A stretch of DNA of 64,000 nt from a virus, in the IMG/VR virus record IMGVR_UViG_3300042090_001278, positions 3,203 to 67,202 of that record. One strand, 5' to 3'. The position numbers were made by a program, and so were the translations under genes. The notes below the pieces were generated by a model. It was not told where the DNA came from. It worked only from the letters and a program-made list of their open reading frames with translations, and searched no databases. This document shows positions 29,454 to 39,040 of this stretch, piece after piece (the stretch's first letter is position 1; the number at the start of each line of letters is the position of its first letter).

Positions 29454-32400
29454 TGCCGCTTCCCGCCGGTCTTTTCGACCCGGACGCGCCTACGTCCACA
29501 GACACGCCACCCACGAGCCCGGCCATTGGCACGACTCGCGCGAGCGGCCTACCTCAAGGTCTTTACGATCCGTCGCCCACGCCTCTCAACGTCCTCCCCC
29601 CCGTCGCCCAGGCCATGTATAACCGTGTCGGCAAGGATGCCACCGGCGTGCAGTGCGGGCAGTATATCAGCAACCAGATCGCCTCTCACGGCGGCGGTGG
29701 CACGGTGTCGAGTTACCTTTCCGACCCATCAAACCGCGTGCTGCCGGGACCGAAGGGCCAGTTGCCGGACGGCACGGGTGTCTTTTTCCCGTCCGCCGAT
29801 GGCAACCCGGCGCATCAGCACTTCGTCCTGTCCTACACGGACTCCGGCGGCACTCCTAGAGCGCTTGAGGATACCCAGGACGGCGGCGGCGGCGGTGGAC
29901 AGCGGTCGATCCGCGCGGATCGCAGCTTGCAGCAGATAGCCCGCGAGCACGGCACGCAGCCGGTGTATTTCAAGGTACCCGCGGGGTCCGTGCCATCGGC
30001 GCCGTCTGGCGTCACGGCGACGGCCGACGATATCGCTAGCGCATTCTCGGCTCCTTCTCCAGCGCCAGAACGGCTGTCGGGTGCGGCACGCCCAGCGGCG
30101 CCAGAACGGCAGTCGGGTGCGGCACGCCCAGCGGCGCCAGAACGGCTGTCGGGTGCGGCACGCCCAGCGGCGCCAGAACGGCTGTCGGGTGCGGCACGCC
30201 CAGCGGCGCCGCGCGCTTCAGCGCGCCTAATGGCCGATCAGTTCGTCAATCAGGCATTCGCGGAACCTACGCCCTCCGTTCCCCAGTTCATCACGCGCCC
30301 AATACCGCCCGTTCCCGGCCGTATGGCAAACGACGGCTACCCGACCACGCAGCAGGTTCTCAACCCCGCGTACAAACCTCAAGCACCCGCGCCCGATCCG
30401 GCGTCGATCGTCCCGCAGGGCACGAAGATAATCCCTGTTACCGGCTCGCCCGGCTACTCCCGCGCCCAATTCCCTGACGGCTCACATGTCATCTTTGGTC
30501 CGAAGGGTCAGGGCAACCACACGACCGTCTACCGCTCGATGCTCGACGCCGACAACGGTATCACGGCACAGGCTCGCCACTTCGCGGCAGGGCCGCAAGG
30601 GGGCTTGATAGCAAGCGCGACTGGCCGAGGCGTCGGGCTGCCTACGGCTCCAAACGATACGCCGCGTCCAACGACTGCCGATCAGTGGTCACAGATGACC
30701 TACCCTCAGTTCCTCGCTCATTCGGCGGCATCGGGCTTAAATGATCTCAACCAAGGTGTGCAGAACGCGGCATCCGGCGCGGTGCGCAAACTCGGCGCGT
30801 CGAAGGCGGTCGCTGAGGATGTCGGCGGCGCGGCTTCTGCTCCGATTGGTATCGCGACATTTCTCCCGTCGCTTGCCGCGAACGCGCTAGACGCGGGCAT
30901 GTCGAGCGGCGATGCTACTCCGGGAGAGCGAGCGAGCAGCGCGGTCAACGCTACCGTGAACTCGTTCACGGGTGGTCCGATCATCGGCAGCGCGGTTAAG
31001 GCTCTCGGATACCTCGCGAGCGGGGATGCGCGGCAGTACGGCGACTTCAACAGCGCGCTCAATCAGGCGATAGGGCAGTTTGGAACCGATGTTGTCACGC
31101 ACCCGTTGACGGCCGCGACCCTCGTTGCTCTTGGCAGCGTGCATGGGAAAGCTATCGACGCCGTAAACGACGCGCCAATTAAGGTTGTTTCGACGCTTGA
31201 GGACGGTTGGCGCACGGCCGCGCGCGGTGCCCAGCTCGCCGGCGACAAGGAAGCAGCGGCGACGGCAACGGCCAAAGCCAGCGACATGGCGACGGCTCGC
31301 CAGTGGCTACAGTACAAGGCCGATCAGACCGCGGCCGGCGCGCTGACACTTAGCCCCAAGACATGGCTTGCGCAGGCGCGCGCGCTTCCCGGTGATGTGC
31401 GCCTGGCCGCCGAGAACGCTCGGATTGCGGCTCGCTCAACCGTGGAGGCGCTTACTCCCGCATCGCTTGCCGATGCAGCCGCGCGGGGCCGTGCGCTAAC
31501 GCCATCAACATCGAGCGTGTCCGCACCTGACGTACGTCCATCAACGGAACAACCGTCATTCCTCGGGAAACCTGTCGGCGCGCCCTTGACGGACATAACA
31601 CGGCCGCGGCCGCCTTCCGGTCTGCCGGCCGGCCTGTACGATCCGGACGCCACAGAGACGAATGGGACCGATAGGACAGATGGGACGAATAACGAAGGCG
31701 CGTCGAGCGCTACGCATCCGCTTAGCGAAGCCGGCGCGTCGAGCGCTACGCATCCGCTTAGCGAAGCCGGCGTGACGAGCGCTACGCATCCGCTTAGCGA
31801 AGCCGGTCCGCTTAGCGAAGCCGCATCTTCTTCCGTCGCCACAGCCAGACGGGGCGCGGTCGTCAAGCTCGCCACCACGCGGGATGTCGCCGAGGCTGTC
31901 GCAGCCGCGCACCCCGACTTCACCCAGGATCATATCGACTCAACCAAGGCGCTCTTCGACATTCAGGCGAGGCAATGGTCAGAGCGAACGGGCAGGCCTG
32001 AGTCCGAGTTTGTGCCAAGCGTGTTTCGCGAGGTTGTCAAGGGCGAGGAGCCTGTTGAGCGGCATCCGGCTGCCCCTGGCTCGACGCCGGTTGAGAGTCC
32101 GATCGCGACTGTTCCGCCGGCTGACTACAACCGCGCGAATCCGAACACGACGATCCCGACCTCGGACATTCATGCTGACCCTGCCAGATTCCAGTACAAG
32201 ATGGGTTCCGGCCAGGGCGGAGTGGCATCGTCGAGCGATGTCGCCGGCGCGAAGGTGTACAATCCGAACCTCGCGGGCGTGCTGGACGTTTGGAAGGACC
32301 CGGCCGATAATCAGACCTATGTGGTCAACGGGCACAACCGGTTAGCGAAGGCCGTGAAGTCCGGCGCGCCGTCGATGGATGTCCGGTACATGGACGCGGA

Positions 32401-35400
32401 CAACGCCGATGACGCGCGCACGGTCGGCGCGCTGAAGAATATTGCCGAGGGGCAGGGCACGCCGTTCGACGCGGCGAAGCTAATCCGCGACGGCAAGATC
32501 ACTCCGCGGGAGATGGCCGACTACGGGATCAATCTCAAGGGGCAGATGGCCAGCCAGGGCGCGGCTCTGGCGAACCTTTCGCCATCGCTGTTTAAGAGCG
32601 CGCTGACCGATCCGGACAATATGCCTCTTCAGCGGGCCGTCCTGATTGGGTCGAAGCTGCCGGACCATGTCGACCAGGCGTCGCTTATCAAGATGATCGG
32701 CAACCGAAAGGTCACGAACAGCCAGCTTTCGGAGATGATCGACAGCGTGGCCGGAGCGCCTCGGCACACGACATCGGAAAACACGCTTTTCGGCGACAGC
32801 GAGACGACGCAGAACCTCGCTTGGGAGCGTGCATCGGTCGCGAGCCACATTTCCGAGACGCTGACAAAGGACGCATCGGCTCTTTCGGGCGCGGCATCGA
32901 ACGCGGACCGGATCGAGCAGGTTCACGGAAACGCGATCGACGCGGACTCGACACGGGCGCTCGCGGACGAGAATCGATCGTCGGTTGGGATATTTAACCG
33001 CCTGAAGAACAGTTCAGGCGAGGTTTCAGATATACTGAATACGGCAGCTCGCCGTCTAGCGAATAAGGAGAATGCGGCCCGTGTCAAATCAGACGCCCTC
33101 AAGCAATATCGCGCAGTCGCCGAATCATACACCCGTTCGACTTCAGGACGGCAGCCTGACACAGCGCCCGATGACGCCTCACGAGAACGAGTCGCTGATG
33201 CAGGCGCTGGAGAAGTTCGTGAGGGGTCGACGGCTGAGGCGGGAGCGGGAAGCGCAGGCACCCTCTTCCAGCGAGCCGACCGCCGCTCCCCTGCCCCACT
33301 AGTCCCGGTTGACATCCCGGCGCTTGACCTCACGGCCCGGCGCGCCGCCGCTAAGGCGACGGGGTCGATGTTCGACGAGATGCCGGGTAAGACGACCTTC
33401 ACCCCACGCAATAAGGCAGTCGCTCCGCCGCGTCAGCTCGGGTTCGACCTCAGCGAGGAAGGCCCGACGCGCGAGGCTCGCGAAGGCACGGGCGAGACGG
33501 GGACGCTATTCCAGCGTCGCGAAGGCTTGCCGCAGGTGGACGATCTCGGCTTTTATTCGCATGCCGAGCGCGTGGTCGAGCAGAAGATGGGCAACCGGAT
33601 GCCTGTCGCCGATCTTCGCAAGATGCTGACGGCAAACGGTGTCAAGCCCGACGAGATGCACTGGAGCGGACTGAACGACTTCCTCGACGCGGCGGGCGAT
33701 AAGCCGGTTGCGAAGGCCGACGTGCTCGATCGCCTGCGGCAGAACAACGTGCAGCTTTCGGAGGTGACGAAGGGCGGCGATACATCCGAAATAGATGCTC
33801 AAATTGAAGAATTGAGAGCAAGGCAAGATGCCGTTGATGACGATCTTAAGCCGCAATACGACGAGTTAGAGGATAACTATCACGCAGCCAGACGATCCGC
33901 GAGAAATAACGAAGATGAGGAAGAGGGCTACCATCAGTCACACGAGGCCGAACAAGATTATTTCGACGCGAAGTTGGCTCTCGACGAAGAAGCCGGAGAA
34001 AGATCGTACGAACACGAAATTGAAGGTCTGGAATCAGAAAAGCGGAAACTCGAAGAAACCAAGTACGGCCAGTACCAGCTTCCCGGCGGCACGAACTATC
34101 GTGAACACCTGCTAACGCTGCCGCCAAACCTTCGGAGGACTGGGCCAAAGCTATCTGACGCCGAATCCGCCGAGATGCGCCAACTTACGGATGTCCCATG
34201 GCGTTCGCGAACCAACGAGCAGCAGTCGCGACTTGGCGATCTTACAAAGCGATGGCAGTTGTCGCAAGCGCCCGACCCGTACAAAAATGGCGCTTACCGT
34301 TCCGCTCACTGGGACGAGCCGAACGTGCTCGCTCACATCCGCACGTCCGACCGCACGGGGCCAAATGGCGAGAAGATTCTCCATGTCGAGGAAGTGCAGA
34401 GCGACTGGCATCAGGCGGGGCGGAAGGAAGGGTACCAAGGTAATTCTGATGAAATCCGTAAGACTCAGACCGAGAGAGATAATGCAGAGAAGGCTCGACT
34501 TGCGCATGTAGAACATCAACCACCGCTCAATATTAGATATGGGCATCCACGAGAGGCCGATGACAAAGCCGCCTACAACGGCGTTATGGATCAGTGGCGC
34601 GAACAGCATAGCGTCATTCTTGACAGGTTTTATGCAGCCGAAAGAAGTCTTAGTAACCTAAAAGCGGGCGTCCCCTCATCTCCCTTCTCGAAAACTTGGC
34701 ACGAGCTAGCCGCTAAGCGCATCCTCAAGATGGCCGCTGACGGCGGTTACGACAAGGTCGCCTGGACGCCGGGCGAGGCGCAGGCGGATAGATATAGCCT
34801 TCACCATCAGGTAGACGAGGTTACCTACCACGAGGGCGAACAGACAGTCAAGGCTTACAAAAGCGGACGGCTGGAACCTGTCATTGAGAAGAGTGGGGTA
34901 AGGCCGACTGATCTTCCAGGCGTTATCGGCAAAGAAGCGGCTGATCGCTTGATGTCACAATCGGCACATGGTAACGGATTACGGTCTCTAGAGGGCGAGC
35001 AGCTCAAAGTCGGCGGCGAGGGCATGAAGGGCTTCTATGATAAGATGCTGCCCGACACCTTCAATAAGCTGGGCAAACGGTTCGGCGCGAAGGTCGGAGA
35101 GACAACGGTTTCCGCCGGCATGCAGGGAGATGTGCCGCTGCATTCGATCGACATCACGCCTGAGATGCGCAAGTCGCTGACGACCGAAGGTCAGCCGCTA
35201 TTCCAGAAACAAGCCCCCCTTATTCCGCAGGGCTCTGTGTCCTTTGCGGACGACGGCCGCGCGATCGTGCGGCTCTTCAAGGCGGCCGACATCTCGACCG
35301 TGGTGCACGAAGGCGCCCACATTTGGCGTCGCAACCTTGGCGCGACTGACCCGGACCTGCTTCGCCAGTTTGAGGATCACTACGGCGTCAAGGGCGGCAA

Positions 35401-38400
35401 GTGGGAAACGGAGCACGAAGAGAGCTTCGCGCGCGACTTCGAGCACTACGTCGCCGAGGGTCGCGCTCCGACGCGCGCCTTGCAGCCGGTGTTCGACAAT
35501 TTCCGCAAGTGGCTGACTTCGCTCTACAAGGGCGTCAAGGACTCTCCACTCGCTCGCAACATGACGCCCGAGCTTCGCGGACTGTTCGACAAGATGGTCG
35601 GCAAGGAAGATTGGGAGGGCGAAGGGCAGCCCAATGGCGCGCCTGGCTCAATGCCGAGCGAAGATTCAGGACGCCAGTCGGGTGCGGCACGCCCTGCGGA
35701 TTCAGACCCGCTGAACCAGAGTCCGGGCGAAAAGTCGGATCGCCCTGCGGCGCAGGGCGTGCAGCAGTCGGATGCCCCTGGCTCAACGCCTGTCTACGGC
35801 GGCTCGATCAACCTCAGTCGTACCGGGCTATCGCCCGAGGCGAACGAACGTGTCAGTCAGGTTGCGAAGGAACTCGGGCTTGACAAGAAACCGGTCGCAA
35901 CGGATGCCGACGCGCAGCGTGTCGCCACAGCCCTCAATCTCTCCTACGACGATGTGAAAAGCTGGACAAGGATGCAGAAGCGGCCGGGAGTGCGGCCGGC
36001 GTCTCCGGCCGATATGGAGATCGGCGCGTGGCATAAGGCGTGGGATTTGGCCGTGCGGAATCTCCACCACGCATCGGTCGAGGGCGTGATCAGCGCCGAG
36101 CGCGACATGAAGGACGCGGCCGAGGAAGCAAACGAGAACCCGTCGCCCGCAAACGAGAAGGACAGGACGGCAGCCAATGTCGGCTACGCGAGAGCCCTGG
36201 AAACACAAAAGGCGATGACCGAGGAGAACTCGGCGCTTGCGCGGATCAGCGGACAAGCCATACAGGGATACAATCAGATCGCGACGAATGTCCGCGGCGA
36301 GGGCTATCGGGCGGCGCTGGCATCGACCCCGACGATCGAAGAGGCGCTTGGGAAGCCTGCACAGACCGGCGTAAAGCCAGTGCCAAGCGGTCCAGTGCGT
36401 CCCGACGTTCCCAGGCCCGCGCGTGTCCGCACGGTCAGCGATGCCGACCTTGCGGCAAGTGTCGAGCAGTTCAAGCGCGCCGGCGGCGCGAGAGCGTTTG
36501 CCAATGTATCAGCCTCATCCGCCGAAACCCCTCCCCCGGACACTCTCTACCAGAGCAAGCGGCCGTCCGAGGACGCGGCGACCGAGGCGCTGGTCAATAT
36601 CGGCAAGTACCATATCGAGGGCGGGTCCGGGAAGAACTTCGATACCTGGCGCGCCGCGGTCGAAAAGACGATCGGCGAGAAGCTGCCGGACACACAGGCG
36701 CAGTTTGCCTACGGCCTCGCAAAGCATGATCTTGTCAAGGATGTGCGGGAGAAGCAAGCGTCGGCTCTTACGCCGATATTCGTCGACCATCTCGGAGACG
36801 AGCTCGGCAACAAGGGCGCGGGACGGTTCTTGCAGGACGTCGGCCCGGACATCCGCAATAAGCTGATCGCCGGCGTTACTAAGTTCACCCAGGCCGAGAA
36901 GGATGCCATCGGCGAGGCGTACGACAGGAATCAGCCGACTCGCAAGAAGCAGCCAAGCGCGACGGCTCAGACGATCGCTAAGCAGATCGCCGGCGATGTC
37001 AACGCGCCGAAGCTCGCGGCGCGTCGCAGCGCGGCGGCTCAGAAGTCAGCCGACGCGCGGCGGGCGTCGACAGACCTCGAAACGATCATCGGCGCGCGCG
37101 TGAAGGGCGGTAAGGTCGCGGCTAAGGCCGTGCTTGATGACCTTAGCAGCGATTCGCTCGGCAGATCGGCGATCGAGCAGTTGCAGAAGCCAGGCGAGGA
37201 TTTGACGGACGCGGAAGGCCGCAGGCTTGCCGGCGCGATCGACACCTACCGGCGCACGACGCCCACCAAATCCGACCCCAACGTCATCGCGGCTCGCCTG
37301 ACGCAGATCGTCACCGACGCCCGTCGCGGACGGCTCGGATACGACAGCCCGAAGGCCGCGGCCAAGACTCAGATGCTCTCCGATGTGAGCCGGCCGCTCG
37401 ACGCCCTACCTAAAAGCGCGACTCAGGCAACGCGGGACGCCTTGCAGTCCAAGGTCGACGTGAAGGCAGCCGAGATCGGGCGCGACCTGGACGCTGTCGA
37501 CGACCACGACTACCGTGGTATCGCCCGCGTGATGATGAAGCACGACTCGCTTGGCAGCCAGTACCAGCAGTATCTGCTTGGCAACATCCTGTCCGGATGG
37601 GACACGGGCGAGAAGATACTCGTGGCTCACCCGGCGACAGTCGCGGCCGAGGAGATGCGGCGGTGGCTGTTCGGAGACCGCGCGGAAGTCGGCGCCGGCA
37701 TTCGGGCGGGAATTGCGGGGGCCAAGGCTCGCGGGGTTCCAGAGGCGCGCATGATCCTTCGGGAAGGACCGACCGCGGCGACGCTGGCTGGTAAGTCCTG
37801 GTATCACGCAGCGGACGGGCGAATTCGCGTGGAGTCGAGGCTGGCCGCTCACCAGGCCGTACTACGGTTGCACTCGGCCTACTACCAGGTCATGCAGACA
37901 TACAACGTCGAGCGCGGCTTGCATTTGTATGCCGTCGAGGATGGCAAAGCGAGGAGTCTGTCCGGGCAGGACCTGGCCGATCATGTCGCCGATGTCACTC
38001 TCCATCCCGAAAGGCATCGGGCGATATCCGAGAAGGCGATCAAGTTCGGAGAAGAAGAGACGCAGACGAATGTCAACGCGGCGGCCAGAGCAGCATCTGA
38101 GTTGCGCAGCCCGGTGCTGAAGTTTGCAAAGAGGGTTCTGCTTCCGGTCGCTAACCTGCCTCTTAACGCTCTTGGCCGAACTATCGAGATGGGAACCGGC
38201 ATCCTGACGAACCGCGCGCTTGCGCGTATGTATGCGCATTTGCATCCGGACGCGACGGCCGAGGATGTTGAAACATATCGACAGAAGGTTCTGCACCGAG
38301 GCGTCATTGGGACCGGGATCGCGGCTGCCGGCGCGCTGGGAACAGCGGCCGGCGTGATCACGCCGCCCGATACTCGCCACGGCCGGTACACATCACGCAT

Positions 38401-38986
38401 CAAGCTGCCGTTTGGAAAGTCGGTGGATGTTCCGGCCGGCAATGTCGGCGCGATGCTCGACACAGGGAGCGTGCTCGAACAAGCCGTGAAAACGCATGAT
38501 TATGCGGGACTGCCCGGCAAGCTGGCTGCTCCCTACGCCGAGGAAAATCCGTACGGGCGAGCGCTCGAAACCGTATCCGGCCTGTACGACGCCGCGACCG
38601 GTAAGGGCGGAACCGAGGGCGCGAAGGCGTCCAACACGGCGCTCGGCGGTCTCGCGGTCGAGCACCTGCCTCTGTCCGGGCTGACGGGCAATATCGGGTC
38701 AGCGATCGACGCGGCAACCGGCGGGGGCGTGCGCGGCGGCTCGATAAGGGCCAAGTCCGGACGCGTGCAGTCAAAGGGCGCGGGCACTTTCCCGCTTGGC
38801 GCGCGTGACTTCGTGTACAACGCCGAACCTGGCCTGAGACAGAAGATGCTCCCTCTCTCGCAGGATAAGCTCAATCACGGCAAGCCGTACCCGCAGTCGG
38901 TGCTGCACACGAACCAGACGATCTCCGCCGCGCAGCTCGACAAGGAACTGCGCGATACGCGGCGCAAGGAAAAGGCCGGTCGCTAG
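29453..38986 (+). CDS. Giant polyvalent internal virion protein (ParB-like domain, EEVQSDWHQ domain, zincin-like HExxH domain)
   Basis: DPARFQYK..VVNGHNR (ParB-like); YQLPGG.NYRE..HW.EPNVLAH.R..EEVQSDWHQ; AD.STVVHEGAH..E.FAR.FE.Y..EG.AP. Confidence 0.75.
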   Translation: MPLPAGLFDPDAPTSTDTPPTSPAIGTTRASGLPQGLYDPSPTPLNVLPPVAQAMYNRVGKDATGVQCGQYISNQIASHGGGGTVSSYLSDPSNRVLPGPKGQLPDGTGVFFPSADGNPAHQHFVLSYTDSGGTPRALEDTQDGGGGGGQRSIRADRSLQQIAREHGTQPVYFKVPAGSVPSAPSGVTATADDIASAFSAPSPAPERLSGAARPAAPERQSGAARPAAPERLSGAARPAAPERLSGAARPAAPRASARLMADQFVNQAFAEPTPSVPQFITRPIPPVPGRMANDGYPTTQQVLNPAYKPQAPAPDPASIVPQGTKIIPVTGSPGYSRAQFPDGSHVIFGPKGQGNHTTVYRSMLDADNGITAQARHFAAGPQGGLIASATGRGVGLPTAPNDTPRPTTADQWSQMTYPQFLAHSAASGLNDLNQGVQNAASGAVRKLGASKAVAEDVGGAASAPIGIATFLPSLAANALDAGMSSGDATPGERASSAVNATVNSFTGGPIIGSAVKALGYLASGDARQYGDFNSALNQAIGQFGTDVVTHPLTAATLVALGSVHGKAIDAVNDAPIKVVSTLEDGWRTAARGAQLAGDKEAAATATAKASDMATARQWLQYKADQTAAGALTLSPKTWLAQARALPGDVRLAAENARIAARSTVEALTPASLADAAARGRALTPSTSSVSAPDVRPSTEQPSFLGKPVGAPLTDITRPRPPSGLPAGLYDPDATETNGTDRTDGTNNEGASSATHPLSEAGASSATHPLSEAGVTSATHPLSEAGPLSEAASSSVATARRGAVVKLATTRDVAEAVAAAHPDFTQDHIDSTKALFDIQARQWSERTGRPESEFVPSVFREVVKGEEPVERHPAAPGSTPVESPIATVPPADYNRANPNTTIPTSDIHADPARFQYKMGSGQGGVASSSDVAGAKVYNPNLAGVLDVWKDPADNQTYVVNGHNRLAKAVKSGAPSMDVRYMDADNADDARTVGALKNIAEGQGTPFDAAKLIRDGKITPREMADYGINLKGQMASQGAALANLSPSLFKSALTDPDNMPLQRAVLIGSKLPDHVDQASLIKMIGNRKVTNSQLSEMIDSVAGAPRHTTSENTLFGDSETTQNLAWERASVASHISETLTKDASALSGAASNADRIEQVHGNAIDADSTRALADENRSSVGIFNRLKNSSGEVSDILNTAARRLANKENAARVKSDALKQYRAVAESYTRSTSGRQPDTAPDDASRERVADAGAGEVREGSTAEAGAGSAGTLFQRADRRSPAPLVPVDIPALDLTARRAAAKATGSMFDEMPGKTTFTPRNKAVAPPRQLGFDLSEEGPTREAREGTGETGTLFQRREGLPQVDDLGFYSHAERVVEQKMGNRMPVADLRKMLTANGVKPDEMHWSGLNDFLDAAGDKPVAKADVLDRLRQNNVQLSEVTKGGDTSEIDAQIEELRARQDAVDDDLKPQYDELEDNYHAARRSARNNEDEEEGYHQSHEAEQDYFDAKLALDEEAGERSYEHEIEGLESEKRKLEETKYGQYQLPGGTNYREHLLTLPPNLRRTGPKLSDAESAEMRQLTDVPWRSRTNEQQSRLGDLTKRWQLSQAPDPYKNGAYRSAHWDEPNVLAHIRTSDRTGPNGEKILHVEEVQSDWHQAGRKEGYQGNSDEIRKTQTERDNAEKARLAHVEHQPPLNIRYGHPREADDKAAYNGVMDQWREQHSVILDRFYAAERSLSNLKAGVPSSPFSKTWHELAAKRILKMAADGGYDKVAWTPGEAQADRYSLHHQVDEVTYHEGEQTVKAYKSGRLEPVIEKSGVRPTDLPGVIGKEAADRLMSQSAHGNGLRSLEGEQLKVGGEGMKGFYDKMLPDTFNKLGKRFGAKVGETTVSAGMQGDVPLHSIDITPEMRKSLTTEGQPLFQKQAPLIPQGSVSFADDGRAIVRLFKAADISTVVHEGAHIWRRNLGATDPDLLRQFEDHYGVKGGKWETEHEESFARDFEHYVAEGRAPTRALQPVFDNFRKWLTSLYKGVKDSPLARNMTPELRGLFDKMVGKEDWEGEGQPNGAPGSMPSEDSGRQSGAARPADSDPLNQSPGEKSDRPAAQGVQQSDAPGSTPVYGGSINLSRTGLSPEANERVSQVAKELGLDKKPVATDADAQRVATALNLSYDDVKSWTRMQKRPGVRPASPADMEIGAWHKAWDLAVRNLHHASVEGVISAERDMKDAAEEANENPSPANEKDRTAANVGYARALETQKAMTEENSALARISGQAIQGYNQIATNVRGEGYRAALASTPTIEEALGKPAQTGVKPVPSGPVRPDVPRPARVRTVSDADLAASVEQFKRAGGARAFANVSASSAETPPPDTLYQSKRPSEDAATEALVNIGKYHIEGGSGKNFDTWRAAVEKTIGEKLPDTQAQFAYGLAKHDLVKDVREKQASALTPIFVDHLGDELGNKGAGRFLQDVGPDIRNKLIAGVTKFTQAEKDAIGEAYDRNQPTRKKQPSATAQTIAKQIAGDVNAPKLAARRSAAAQKSADARRASTDLETIIGARVKGGKVAAKAVLDDLSSDSLGRSAIEQLQKPGEDLTDAEGRRLAGAIDTYRRTTPTKSDPNVIAARLTQIVTDARRGRLGYDSPKAAAKTQMLSDVSRPLDALPKSATQATRDALQSKVDVKAAEIGRDLDAVDDHDYRGIARVMMKHDSLGSQYQQYLLGNILSGWDTGEKILVAHPATVAAEEMRRWLFGDRAEVGAGIRAGIAGAKARGVPEARMILREGPTAATLAGKSWYHAADGRIRVESRLAAHQAVLRLHSAYYQVMQTYNVERGLHLYAVEDGKARSLSGQDLADHVADVTLHPERHRAISEKAIKFGEEETQTNVNAAARAASELRSPVLKFAKRVLLPVANLPLNALGRTIEMGTGILTNRALARMYAHLHPDATAEDVETYRQKVLHRGVIGTGIAAAGALGTAAGVITPPDTRHGRYTSRIKLPFGKSVDVPAGNVGAMLDTGSVLEQAVKTHDYAGLPGKLAAPYAEENPYGRALETVSGLYDAATGKGGTEGAKASNTALGGLAVEHLPLSGLTGNIGSAIDAATGGGVRGGSIRAKSGRVQSKGAGTFPLGARDFVYNAEPGLRQKMLPLSQDKLNHGKPYPQSVLHTNQTISAAQLDKELRDTRRKEKAGR
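30064..30207 (-). repeat. Family C 36-bp element, 4 tandem copies, in-frame (PERLSGAARPAA)x4
   Basis: Reverse complement of the unit at 4454. Confidence 0.9.
31692..31823 (+). repeat. Family D 36-bp element tandem array (SEAGASSATHPL); single copies at 9795-9830 and 44239-44274, variant at 27688-27723
   Basis: TAGCGAAGCCGGCGCGTCGAGCGCTACGCATCCGCT with 36-bp period. Confidence 0.9.
35764..35793 (+). repeat. Family F 30-bp element GCAGTCGGATGCCCCTGGCTCAACGCCTGT; identical at 48054-48083, variant at 32059-32092
   Basis: Direct identity; QSDAPGSTPV appears in two unrelated proteins. Confidence 0.85.
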
Positions 38987-39040
38987 ACAGCCCGCAGCGA
39001 ACGTGCACCCTCGTGCACGTTCACCCCCACCCATCCCATC

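Noticed and set aside
30064-30207. 36-bp repeats as a CRISPR array
   Set aside because: Units are directly tandem with no spacers, lie in-frame in a gene, and no cas genes are present; the same applies to 31692-31823
29453-38986. Tape measure protein or virion RNA polymerase
   Set aside because: No tail tube or chaperone genes, no periodic TMP pattern and no recognisable polymerase motifs; domains fit a polyvalent ejection protein
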